From positions 120,001-152,000 of the forward strand of contig NBVN01000003.1 in NCBI GenBank assembly GCA_003056265.1: DNA of 32,000 nucleotides, read 5' to 3'. A program made the position numbers and the translations under genes. The DNA comes from Zestosphaera tikiterensis. Its GTDB lineage: Archaea > Thermoproteota > Thermoprotei_A > Sulfolobales > NBVN01. The notes under the pieces were generated by a model. It had not been told where the DNA came from. It did no database searches and was given only the letters and a program-made list of their open reading frames with translations. Positions 23,557 through 32,000 of this stretch are shown one piece after another; the first letter of the stretch is position 1, and each line of letters begins with the position of its first letter.

Positions 23557-23850
23557 TTATTTAACCTCAAGACATTCTTTCAAAACGTTAAGTAAGTATT
23601 TCTTAAGTTTGACTGCGTCGTTTTCAAGCAATACTAGCTTAAACTCTCGTGTTTTATGTTTGATCTTAACTAAGGAGATGTAGCCTTTATAGCCCTCCGG
23701 TATTAAGTAAGCCAACTCTTTCCTATCCGCTTTTATGCGATGCTTCTCTACGGATGTAATGTCGCATAACCTAAGCTCTATCTCTTGAGGGTTTCTTACA
23801 GCGCTTAACGTTTTCAACTCCTTAAGTGAAGGTGATCCTTTAACCTTCAC
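23557..23850 (-). CDS. Hypothetical protein; the frame stays open 44 codons further upstream
   Basis: The ORF has a GTG start. The upstream in-frame extension to 23982 has no ATG/GTG/TTG but translates to protein-like sequence (see the finding). Confidence 0.45.
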   Translation of the reverse strand: MKVKGSPSLKELKTLSAVRNPQEIELRLCDITSVEKHRIKADRKELAYLIPEGYKGYISLVKIKHKTREFKLVLLENDAVKLKKYLLNVLKECLEVK

Positions 23851-24052
23851 TATGTTTGAAACAAGCTTAGGTTTTAACCTAAGTATTAGGTTTTCAGGGA
23901 TGTTTAAAGAAACTACACACTCAATAACTAACCTACCTTCAACGCATAAAGCCTTAAATAGCTTAACGCCTCCCTTAATTACTCAACCACCGTTGAGTGT
24001 TTTATTTTAAAGCTTATAATTGAAGTAATTCTTACTTTAACGGGTTTAAAAC

Positions 24053-24838
24053 ATGGGTATGTACGGTATAGACGAGATGTTTCGAGTGAGGTTCAGCAGG
24101 GAGGAGATTGAGGAGTTAAGAAATACGTTAAGCGAGATGAAAAACCCTGTTGAGGTATATACCTTCGTCGACGAGAGGTGTAGATACTGTTCCAACACAG
24201 TCAAGCTTGTGGAGGTATTAAGCGATGCCAGCCCATCATCCAACGGGGGTAAGTTAATTAAACATACGGTAGTTAGTAGGGGTAACGACGCCTTAGGGCT
24301 TTTCAAAAAGTTTAACGTGTCTAGAGTGCCTACAGTAGCTTTTCTCGACGGATATATAAGATATACAGGCATGCCAGCTGGGGAGGAAATCAGAGGTTTC
24401 ATTGAAACGTTAATTAGGTTGAGCACGGGGGATTCAGGGTTAAGCCAATCTACTGTTGAAACCCTATCTAAGCTTAAAGGCTTAGTACGTGTTGAGGTTA
24501 TAGTAACGCCCACATGCCCTTACTGCCCCTACGCAGCTTTACTAGCTAACATGTTCGCCTTCGAATCGTATAGACTAGGTAACAAGGTAGTTGTCGCCGA
24601 CGTAGTTGAGGCTTATGAAAATCCGGATATTGCCGACATGTACGGCGTTATGACAGTCCCTACAATAGCCATCAACGGTGAAGTCGAGTTCGTCGGCGTT
24701 CCTTACGAAGACCAATTCCTCGAGAAAGTTGTTGAGCATTCTAACAAAGCTTACTTAAAACAGAAGAAAAAAGAAGAGTATATGAGGTTATTAAAAGAAC
24801 TAGAGAAAGATACCACACAGGATAAGGACGTTAAGTAA
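24053..24838 (+). CDS. Protein disulfide oxidoreductase (two thioredoxin-fold units, glutaredoxin-like)
   Basis: There are two CxxC sites, CRYC in unit 1 and CPYC in unit 2 (TPTCPYCPYA), a V-P cis-Pro context (MTVPTIAING) and a Lys/Glu-rich C-terminal tail. Confidence 0.85.
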   Translation: MGMYGIDEMFRVRFSREEIEELRNTLSEMKNPVEVYTFVDERCRYCSNTVKLVEVLSDASPSSNGGKLIKHTVVSRGNDALGLFKKFNVSRVPTVAFLDGYIRYTGMPAGEEIRGFIETLIRLSTGDSGLSQSTVETLSKLKGLVRVEVIVTPTCPYCPYAALLANMFAFESYRLGNKVVVADVVEAYENPDIADMYGVMTVPTIAINGEVEFVGVPYEDQFLEKVVEHSNKAYLKQKKKEEYMRLLKELEKDTTQDKDVK

Positions 24839-24934
24839 CCCACTTTAATTAGTTAATTTACGGAGGATTCCCCCCACGCGTTAGTTACTTTTTATTAACG
24901 TGAGTTTATTGCTTAGTGAGGAGTTTAAGATGCT

Positions 24935-27900
24935 TTAATATTCGCATGTGGGGCATTCCCCTGACTCGCCTTCCTTTAACACGTATCGGGTGATTCTATA
25001 CCTACTTAAATCCTTTCTAACTTGTTTTGGCTCCACCTCATGTTCTGCTTCTTCAGATTTACGGATTACTCGTTCCTTTACTTGAGGTTCTTCAAGTTCT
25101 TTACCTTCACGTGACATCTTCTTAGTTAGCTTCGCACCGAAGTAAATCACTTGCTGTGTCTTGCTTTTATCTCTATATACGGTTATTCCTTTACAGCCAA
25201 CCACCCATGCCGTCATATAAGCTTTCCTAACGTCTTCTACGGTTGCTTCAGCCCTCATGTTAATTGTCTTACTTACTCCAGCGTCCACCCATTGCTGCCA
25301 TGCCGCTTGATGAAGTATATGCCATATAGGTTCAATGTCATGAGCTGTTGGGAAAACCTCCCTAAGCTTCTTGGGTATGAAGGGATTCCCCCTTACGGAA
25401 CCTGACTCCGCAACAACGCCAACTACCTCCGGGTTGTCGAGGCCGTAGAGTCTGAGGGCTTCTAGGAAGAGTGGATTAACTTCGATGAAAGTCCCTACAG
25501 TTACTACTCTAGTGAACGCTAAAGCAAATATGGGTTCTATAGATGATGAAGTGCCGCCGATTATCGAGACCGTCCCTGTAGGCGCTATAGAAAGTACGGC
25601 GGCGTTTCTTAAACCTTTAGCTCTAACCTCACTTTCAAGTTCTCTCCAATTAACGGAGGGCCTTTCAAACACAAGCTTCTTCACCTCACTTGAGATGTTG
25701 CCGGAGACGCCGCTAGCTTTGAAGATCTCTTCTAAAGGAAGTGCGTCACTCCAAAACATCTTGTAAAGCTTCGAGTTCCAAGCAGGGAACGGACCTTTCT
25801 CAATAGCTAACTTAAGTGAAGCTCTATAGGCGTTGTAAGCAATCCACTCAGCAAGGTGGTAAGCTAGGTAAACAGCATCTACGCTGTCGTAGGGGATTCC
25901 TAACTTCACAAGCATGTGGGCCCAACCCATAACACCTAAACCAACTTTCCTCGTTCTTCTAACACGCTCCTCAATTTGAGGGAGTAAAAACCTAGCAACG
26001 TCAATAACATTATCTAAAAATCTAACAGCTACCTCAACATCCTTTCCTAAACCCACCCAATCTATTCGGCCGTCGCTAGTCACGTACTTCTCAAGGTTTA
26101 TACTTCCTAAATTGCAGGCCTCCCACTCAAGAAGAGGTTCCTCACCACAGTTGTGATGTATTAATCCGGCCGCAATGTAGGCGTGAACCTCCGGTACGGT
26201 GAAGTCATAAAAGTCTACTACTCCAGCGTCTTCAACTCTCTCCACCGACACCCAGACCGGGTCGCTCTCAGCTTTACTTAACTTCAGCTCGGTGGTCTTT
26301 TCCAATGATTCAAAACCTACGAGTTCAGTGAATATGTGACGGCTGTAGTTACTTATCGTTAACTCATAGTATTCGGAAGCCTCATATACCTTCACCTCAT
26401 CATTTGCTGTGGCATAGCTGAATTTCCTGTCGTGTGGTTTGCTATATATCTCGCTGAATATCCCTATCGTCGTTAGCAATATTTGAACGTCCTTAAGCAG
26501 GTCTGAGCTGGCGTTAGTCAGCCTTATCGCATCGTCAAAACCTGTAGCTCCGTTGGCTGTGAATAAACCACGTAGGAAAGATTTAAGGGATTCTAGATCT
26601 AGCTTCCAAGCAATCTCTGGAAGTCTTCTCCTATGCTGGTATGGAGGGATTTCACCAATAAGTTCAACCACTTTCTTATATGCACTTGTTCCACTACCGA
26701 ACTTAAGTGTTAATTCAGCTTTATCTAACACCGCATTACCGTCTGAGTTCCCGCCTAACTTAGCTATCGCCTGCTTAACCCTCTCGAAAGCAGCTCCATC
26801 CCCTGATTTAAAGTGCCACGCGACATAATCCTTGCTTAATGCGCCGTTTCCCACCAACCAACCAAGGGCGAACGCAACGTCCGAATCGAGTTTGATAGTA
26901 GAGGTCAGGGCCCTCCCTACATACTCTGGATGCATTCTCGCTAACGCTATTGCGTCGCCAGGCCTTAACTCACGTGCTTCTTTCCAACCTTCAGGGGTTA
27001 GGAATCTATGCTCATACGTGACAGTTACCTCATACCCTTCCTTCGTAACTACCTTAAGTGCTGGCTTCCTACCTACGTACCAAACCCACGCTTTCTGCGG
27101 AGCTACGATTTTCAACTTTAACTCTTTGTTTTCGGCGATTCCGCGTACAGCAGATTCACCTACCGGCGCTACAAGCGTTGTTTCGTATGCTATCGGTTCA
27201 CCACCCTCGCCGAGAACTTTTTCATCAGCAACTACGGTTTTGACTTCAACTCCATGTTTCTTAGCCTCCTCCCAAACCTCCCGGGCGGTCCTCCACCCCT
27301 TAGGTGTTAATACACGGGTCTCTCCACTAACGCATGGGTTGGTCGCGTTTATCTTGCCTAAGTACCACGTCGGATGTCTTCGGTTTATAGTGTCTATGAA
27401 TAGAAGCCCTGGGTCTCCCGACTCCCAAGCGTTCTTAACTATCTCCTCAAATATTGCCTTAGGGTCTTCCCACGCTACTATCGCCCCCTCCGCTTCAGCT
27501 ATCGCTAAAGCTTCGTCCCACGTTATTATGAGGCTATTCTCTAAAGGTATGGAGCCTCCGTTCATTTCCAACTCATCTATTATTACCTCCTGAACCCATT
27601 CCTCATCCATGTAATGTCTTGCCCAGACGACAGCGTATTTCAGCGAGTTATGTGTTTTATCTAAGGAGGTCTTTCTTGGGTTGATTAAAGGTACGGGTTT
27701 TCCTTCATTTAACGCTTTCATGAAGTAGTCGTACATACCTACGGATATGTTGAAGTTTTGAAGGACGGCGTCTTTCCCCTCGCCAGATTTAGCTTTAATG
27801 AACTTCTTAATGTCTGGATGCCAAACGTGAAGTACGCCCATGTTAGCTCCTCTACGCCTTCCGCCCTGCTTAACGACCTCCGTATTCACGTCGAACAGCT

Positions 27901-28699
27901 TCATGAATGAAAGAGGTCCTGAAGCAACTCCAGCAGTTGAAGCGACTACATCACCTTCAGGCCTTAATTCAGAGAAGTTGAAGCCGCAACCACCGCCCTG
28001 CTGGAATATAATTGCTTGAGCTCTAACGGCGTCGTAAATCCCATCGTTTTCAGGCGTTACCATAGCGTCTCTAACGGGTAAGACAAAACACGCTGAGAGA
28101 ATTCCCAACTTAGTTCCTGCGTTCATTAACGTAGGTGAGTTGGGAATGAACCTTAACTCCTTCATTAAACGAAGGAACTCGTTAAACCAATATTCCCTAG
28201 ATTCCGGCTTCTCAGCGGAAGCGACGAACCTAGCCACCCTTTCAAAAAGGGCTTTAGGCGTTTCTAAAAACCTTCCGCTGTTTGGATCCTTCCTTAAATA
28301 CCTACTCATTAAAACCCTTAAAGCATAGTAAGTAAGTCTTAAATCGTCTGGGTCGAAAGAACTCCACTTACCCTTGCCGAAGACGTCGTTGTAGATCCTC
28401 GCAAGTAAGTAGTACCTACCAGCAACTTCATACCTAGGGTCTTCAACAACCCTGGTAATGAAAGCCTTCTCAACAAAGTCGGATATCTTACTTGAAGGAA
28501 CTTTATCAGGCTCGTTAAAAACGGAGTTTAGAACATCATCCATAACTGACGTAAGTGACGCGTCGTTTAAACCAGCCGCGTTTAACGCCGCATGAACACT
28601 CTTGACTAACTTACTCAACTCAAAAGGTTCTTCACGTCCATTCCTCTTAACTACGGTTAGGGATTTCATAGTCAAACTCAATCGACCTATACCATTCAC
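24935..28699 (-). CDS. nrdJ: Ribonucleotide reductase large chain, most likely class II (adenosylcobalamin-dependent), with an N-terminal ATP-cone and one intein
   Basis: The ATP-cone reads [19 protein letters not shown] core motifs are [36 protein letters not shown] and GGRRRGA. NP|CGE is interrupted by an intein. The C-terminal tail is CPTC. No small subunit gene is adjacent. The ATG at 28669 is a likelier start than the GTG at 28699. Confidence 0.88.
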   Translation of the reverse strand: MNGIGRLSLTMKSLTVVKRNGREEPFELSKLVKSVHAALNAAGLNDASLTSVMDDVLNSVFNEPDKVPSSKISDFVEKAFITRVVEDPRYEVAGRYYLLARIYNDVFGKGKWSSFDPDDLRLTYYALRVLMSRYLRKDPNSGRFLETPKALFERVARFVASAEKPESREYWFNEFLRLMKELRFIPNSPTLMNAGTKLGILSACFVLPVRDAMVTPENDGIYDAVRAQAIIFQQGGGCGFNFSELRPEGDVVASTAGVASGPLSFMKLFDVNTEVVKQGGRRRGANMGVLHVWHPDIKKFIKAKSGEGKDAVLQNFNISVGMYDYFMKALNEGKPVPLINPRKTSLDKTHNSLKYAVVWARHYMDEEWVQEVIIDELEMNGGSIPLENSLIITWDEALAIAEAEGAIVAWEDPKAIFEEIVKNAWESGDPGLLFIDTINRRHPTWYLGKINATNPCVSGETRVLTPKGWRTAREVWEEAKKHGVEVKTVVADEKVLGEGGEPIAYETTLVAPVGESAVRGIAENKELKLKIVAPQKAWVWYVGRKPALKVVTKEGYEVTVTYEHRFLTPEGWKEARELRPGDAIALARMHPEYVGRALTSTIKLDSDVAFALGWLVGNGALSKDYVAWHFKSGDGAAFERVKQAIAKLGGNSDGNAVLDKAELTLKFGSGTSAYKKVVELIGEIPPYQHRRRLPEIAWKLDLESLKSFLRGLFTANGATGFDDAIRLTNASSDLLKDVQILLTTIGIFSEIYSKPHDRKFSYATANDEVKVYEASEYYELTISNYSRHIFTELVGFESLEKTTELKLSKAESDPVWVSVERVEDAGVVDFYDFTVPEVHAYIAAGLIHHNCGEEPLLEWEACNLGSINLEKYVTSDGRIDWVGLGKDVEVAVRFLDNVIDVARFLLPQIEERVRRTRKVGLGVMGWAHMLVKLGIPYDSVDAVYLAYHLAEWIAYNAYRASLKLAIEKGPFPAWNSKLYKMFWSDALPLEEIFKASGVSGNISSEVKKLVFERPSVNWRELESEVRAKGLRNAAVLSIAPTGTVSIIGGTSSSIEPIFALAFTRVVTVGTFIEVNPLFLEALRLYGLDNPEVVGVVAESGSVRGNPFIPKKLREVFPTAHDIEPIWHILHQAAWQQWVDAGVSKTINMRAEATVEDVRKAYMTAWVVGCKGITVYRDKSKTQQVIYFGAKLTKKMSREGKELEEPQVKERVIRKSEEAEHEVEPKQVRKDLSRYRITRYVLKEGESGECPTCEY
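26150..27334 (-). mobile_element. Intein (395 aa) with a LAGLIDADG-type homing endonuclease domain, inserted in the NPCGE active-site motif of the RNR
   Basis: The host NATNP is followed by [10 protein letters not shown] (block A), TYEH (block B), LGWLVGNGA and [10 protein letters not shown] (LAGLIDADG motifs), and the intein ends IAAGLIHHN, followed by +1 Cys (CGEEPL). The length of 1185 nt is in frame. Confidence 0.9.
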
Positions 28700-28881
28700 T
28701 TAGTATTTAGTTATGAAGCTTATTTTCCTTAACTCCACGACTATTATTTAAGCTTGGTAATACCTTATTCACAGCCAGAGTAATAATACAGGCAGTTACT
28801 GCTGTAAGTTAAGTTAATCCCTAGGGAAAATTCGTTGAATAAGACTACCTAACGTTAAGTCGTGAAACGTTTATAAACTAC

Positions 28882-30039
28882 TTAAATAGCTTTGAACTTA
28901 GCATCCCAGGATTCGAAAACTTTAATCAACTCTTTATTAACGCTAGGTTTCCTCTCCTTTAAAACTTCCATAAAGTCCTCCATAGTTATAGGTCTAGGTA
29001 CGCCGTCGTGAGAGCCTCTAGCGAAAAGCTCTCTAACCGTTCTTAAATGAGCCGTCATAACTATATCTTTTATATCGCTTGCTGTATACCCGTCTAAAGC
29101 GTCAGCCAACCTGCTGAAGTCAACGTCGGGACTTAAACTTAACTTCTTCGTGTAAAGTTTAATTAACTGCAGCCTAGCTTCTTTGTTAGGTAGGGGTATG
29201 TAGATCCTTTTTTGAAATCTTCTTATGAACGCATCGTCGAGTTTCCATGGCTTGTTCGTAGCCGCTATGACATATACGAAGTACGTTTTGTCCTTGTCTT
29301 GAAGGCCGTCCATCTCCTTCAAAAACTGATTCCTAACTCTAGTTTCCCCACCTACTTCAGCGTTAAACGAGCTTAGTAGAGAATCTACTTCATCAATGAA
29401 TATTATCACGGGTTTTTTCGATGCTGCGGCTAGGTCACGCGCCTTACTGAATATTTTAGCGACCCTCTTCTCAGCTTCACCTAACCATTTAGACATTATG
29501 GAAGCGGCGTCCACATGTATGAAGTAGCCATCAACTTCATTAGCTACTGCGGCCGCTACGTAGGTCTTGCCACAGCCCGGAGGCCCGAAAAGTAAAATCC
29601 CTCTAGGCCACCCTAAAGGAAAAAGATCGGGTCTTTTGGTGGGGTAGATTATAGATTCGAAGAAAGCCTGCTTAACATGTTCTAAATCAGCAACGTCTTC
29701 AAAAGTAACCTTCGGTTTTTCCTTAAGTATAAACTCCTCAAGATCTTCATCGTCTGATTCCGAGCTCCTACTTCCGGTCGCTGGGAGGAGTGAAGTCCTC
29801 AAGCTTTCTAAATCTTTAATTCTCTTATGGTATTGCTTTATCCAATCCTTGTAGATTGTGTTGAGGGGGTTGTCGGGATATAACTGTATTATCTTGTTAA
29901 GTACTTCTATAGCGTTCCTATAGTTTTTTATAGCCTCCCCGTAATTACCTTCCCTATCGTTAAGAACTGCTTGAATCGCGTAATGCCTTGCTGCGTTTTC
30001 AAGATAGGGTAGTGAGTTGCTGCTCATCCGTAAAAACAC
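28882..30039 (-). CDS. cdvC: Cell division protein CdvC (Vps4-like AAA+ ATPase with N-terminal MIT domain)
   Basis: It has MIT-like helices ([27 protein letters not shown]), Walker A (GPPGCGKT) and Walker B (IIFIDEVD). It is in an operon with cdvA/cdvB. The ATG at 30027 is a likelier start. Confidence 0.9.
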   Translation of the reverse strand: MFLRMSSNSLPYLENAARHYAIQAVLNDREGNYGEAIKNYRNAIEVLNKIIQLYPDNPLNTIYKDWIKQYHKRIKDLESLRTSLLPATGSRSSESDDEDLEEFILKEKPKVTFEDVADLEHVKQAFFESIIYPTKRPDLFPLGWPRGILLFGPPGCGKTYVAAAVANEVDGYFIHVDAASIMSKWLGEAEKRVAKIFSKARDLAAASKKPVIIFIDEVDSLLSSFNAEVGGETRVRNQFLKEMDGLQDKDKTYFVYVIAATNKPWKLDDAFIRRFQKRIYIPLPNKEARLQLIKLYTKKLSLSPDVDFSRLADALDGYTASDIKDIVMTAHLRTVRELFARGSHDGVPRPITMEDFMEVLKERKPSVNKELIKVFESWDAKFKAI

Positions 30040-30059
30040 CTCATATAGGTTTTCCCTTC

Positions 30060-30929
30060 CTAAAAGATTACCTTATTCTGTTCTTTCAACCTATTTAACG
30101 ACTCGTATATCTCTTCCTTACCTACGCCTAACTTAGACGCTACGTCATTTACGTCTAGGAAGCCGTTATGCGTTAATATATACTCCAGCACAGCCTTATC
30201 TAACATGCTGGGCTCCATCCTCCTACTAGGTGTTTTAGGCTTCGACGGCTGTGGTTGAGCTACAGCCTCCTTAACCCTCTCCTCCAAGTTACTCTTGACT
30301 TTAACAGGGACAAGGATATTCAACGGTATCTCGGGGAGTTGATTCTTCACAGTTTCCGCAGCTGCTTTCTCAATCTCCTCCAACAACTTCTTAGCTTCAG
30401 GTGTGTATTCCAAAGCCTGCTCGGGCTTCAGCTGGACGTAGTCTGTTGTGGAGGCTAGCATCTTCCTCGATTCGTTAATCATAGTTTCTATGTTGTACGC
30501 GAGGCTCGGTATAACGTCTTTAACGTAGTCTTTAGCTAGGGAGAGTAGGTTAGAAACCTCAATTAAAGATGGTGAGATATTACTCACATCTTCTAAGGTC
30601 TCAAGCCTTAGTTTAACTTGCTCAAGCACCTTCTCAACTATGACTAACTTCGTCACCATCTCACGTACTTGATGAGCTTCATTAGCGTATATTAAAGCTC
30701 TATCGCCTTCCTTACTGACCGTAGCCGCTATAGTTGCTTTCAGTAGGTTCTCGAACCTAGACTTAAGCCTAGCTATAGCTTCAGTAACCTCCTGCTTAGC
30801 TGTGTCTATATGAACTATAAGTAGGGATATAACTCTTTTCTTCTCTAGCTTAGATTTACTCCTACTAAACGGACCTATTAAGTTCCTGAACCATTTAAGC
30901 ACACCCCCCTCATTCTCTACCGATGTCAC
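30060..30929 (-). CDS. cdvB: Cell division protein CdvB (ESCRT-III/Snf7-like with C-terminal winged helix)
   Basis: It has a long helical-hairpin core and a C-terminal wH ([38 protein letters not shown]). It lies between cdvA and cdvC. Confidence 0.85.
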   Translation of the reverse strand: MTSVENEGGVLKWFRNLIGPFSRSKSKLEKKRVISLLIVHIDTAKQEVTEAIARLKSRFENLLKATIAATVSKEGDRALIYANEAHQVREMVTKLVIVEKVLEQVKLRLETLEDVSNISPSLIEVSNLLSLAKDYVKDVIPSLAYNIETMINESRKMLASTTDYVQLKPEQALEYTPEAKKLLEEIEKAAAETVKNQLPEIPLNILVPVKVKSNLEERVKEAVAQPQPSKPKTPSRRMEPSMLDKAVLEYILTHNGFLDVNDVASKLGVGKEEIYESLNRLKEQNKVIF

Positions 30930-30961
30930 TGCTCACCCCTCCCAGCTCCTCCCTTCAGCGT

Positions 30962-31723
30962 TTAAGTGTCGACGACCTGAACTTGAATTGGGGATTCTGC
31001 TTTAGGCATAGACTGCGTGGCAGGGGTTGAGGGGGTTGTGAGTGTTTGTTGCGGTGCTTCCGCCGCCTGCCTTATCTCACCGGCTTCAGTCTCTAACTTA
31101 CTTATAAGTTCTAAGTGTTTCTCAACATCTCTTTTTTCGTCTAAAGACTTAGTTCTGTTGTTCCTAAGGAAGTCGGCCGCTATCTTATATGAAGCCTCGC
31201 TGAATTCGTTGCTCATGTAGAGCACTTGAAGGTTTGTTAAGTCCTTCTCAAGCCTTATTATGAGGTCTTCTAACTCCCCAGCTCTCTTCCTTAACAACTC
31301 CTTAACCTTCTTAACTTCCTCCTTTAAATTCCTAAACTCGACCTCCAGCTTTCTCTTCAACTCTTCGTAGGCGTGGACGGGTACGGTGCCTTTCCTGTAG
31401 AGATCTTCAGTAGCTCTTAACCTCTTCTTAACGCGGTCTAATTTATTTTCAATATCTAGCGCCTTCACTTTCCACTCGGGAACAACTACTAAACCGTCTG
31501 GAGTGAGTTTAATTCTTGAAGCAGGCACGCCTTCATACATAGCGTCATTAATGCTTAACTCTATAGACTCTACTTCACCGGAGACGTTGCTATAAACCAT
31601 TACTAACTTACCTAAAATCCTACCATACTCATCTTTAATCATTTGACCAACGAACTTATCCAGTTGATCCAAAGTTATTATCACTTTCTCAACACCTCGT
31701 AAAAGATACTGATGTATTAACAA
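30962..31723 (-). CDS. cdvA: Cell division protein CdvA (PRC-barrel plus coiled coil plus C-terminal ESCRT-III-binding tail)
   Basis: The N-terminal PRC-barrel-like region is GRILGKLVMVYSNVSGEVESIELS. A central coiled coil follows, then a Pro/Thr-rich linker and a terminal SPIQVQVVDT. The probable start is the GTG at 31684, preceded by GAGGTG. Confidence 0.85.
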   Translation of the reverse strand: MLIHQYLLRGVEKVIITLDQLDKFVGQMIKDEYGRILGKLVMVYSNVSGEVESIELSINDAMYEGVPASRIKLTPDGLVVVPEWKVKALDIENKLDRVKKRLRATEDLYRKGTVPVHAYEELKRKLEVEFRNLKEEVKKVKELLRKRAGELEDLIIRLEKDLTNLQVLYMSNEFSEASYKIAADFLRNNRTKSLDEKRDVEKHLELISKLETEAGEIRQAAEAPQQTLTTPSTPATQSMPKAESPIQVQVVDT

Positions 31724-32000
31724 TCCTTAAAAAACTTAATACTCATGAAAGCACGTAATAACTGAATGCATGCTTCAGCTTAACAACGACTTACGTATAG
31801 AGCTAAGGAAGGTAGCTTTAATTCACTACGGGTTAGAAAGTCTTACTGCTTGAATTAATTAGAGTAAAGTTTATGTCTTTCCCTAAAGACCGTTGTTGAA
31901 TTCTGTTGAGAGTGGCCGTAATTGGGGAGGTGCTAACCCTTACGGAGTTTAAAAGCGTGTTTTAAGAGCGGGTTTTAACGTGTTGGGAATTGCGAGTGAT

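Noticed and set aside
24046-24513. A 155-aa minus-strand ORF.
   Set aside because: It is antisense to the well-supported protein disulfide oxidoreductase gene. Its composition is Ser/Leu/Thr-rich shadow-ORF sequence.
26832-27593. A 253-aa plus-strand ORF, the longest unexplained ORF in the track.
   Set aside because: It lies entirely antisense to the RNR/intein coding region. Its translation is Ser/Thr/Pro/Ala-rich low-complexity sequence typical of the shadow frame of a real gene, and it has no motif.
28792-28802. The palindrome GCAGTtACTGC between cdvC and the RNR gene, considered as an operator or terminator hairpin.
   Set aside because: It has only a 5-bp stem and occurs once. It has no T-tract and matches no known archaeal regulatory motif that I can name.
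31724-32000. The non-coding tail upstream of cdvA, scanned for a tRNA/ncRNA or a gene start.
   Set aside because: It has only short ORFs with early stops and no cloverleaf or GC-rich structured block. It presumably holds the cdvA promoter region plus the edge of the next locus.

Overview
The window looks like an AT-rich chromosome segment from a hyperthermophile-type crenarchaeon (Thermoprotei). Supporting this are a cdvA-cdvB-cdvC cell-division operon, a four-subunit 2-oxoacid:ferredoxin oxidoreductase, TiaS, Tsr3, a two-thioredoxin-fold protein disulfide oxidoreductase, a type-A-like RNase P RNA and a CCA-encoding tRNA-Ala. Most of the window is housekeeping: a Mo-hydroxylase large subunit, EndoIII-like glycosylase, upp, the OFOR operon, Sec61beta, MazG-like protein, Zn-ADH, proC, nucleoside phosphorylase, uS19, and an intein-containing class II RNR. 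Two parts are not ordinary. (1) Positions 7.5-9.5 kb are almost ORF-free and carry what reads as a replication origin. Two inverted ORB-like boxes (TCCAGTGGA dyad plus G-string) flank about 290 bp of extreme AT DNA. No orc1/cdc6 gene is in the window. Next to the origin is a small Zn-ribbon gene bracketed by three copies of a 16-bp palindrome. (2) Positions 14.9-20.8 kb look like the remnant of an SSV-type element integrated at tRNA-Ala, because an integrase N-terminal fragment reads antisense through the tRNA. Its lower-GC cargo has no assignable function: an H/HD-motif protein, a membrane-anchored protein with 27 uninterrupted Y-x-x-L heptads plus a transglutaminase-like C/H/D core, a radical-SAM enzyme with an unknown C-terminal half, a Zn-ribbon protein, gene debris, and a GC-rich multi-helix RNA candidate of about 155 nt with its own TATA box. 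I regard that island and its RNA as the best candidate for something undescribed. All calls come from reading the sequence and translations by eye; no searches were run.
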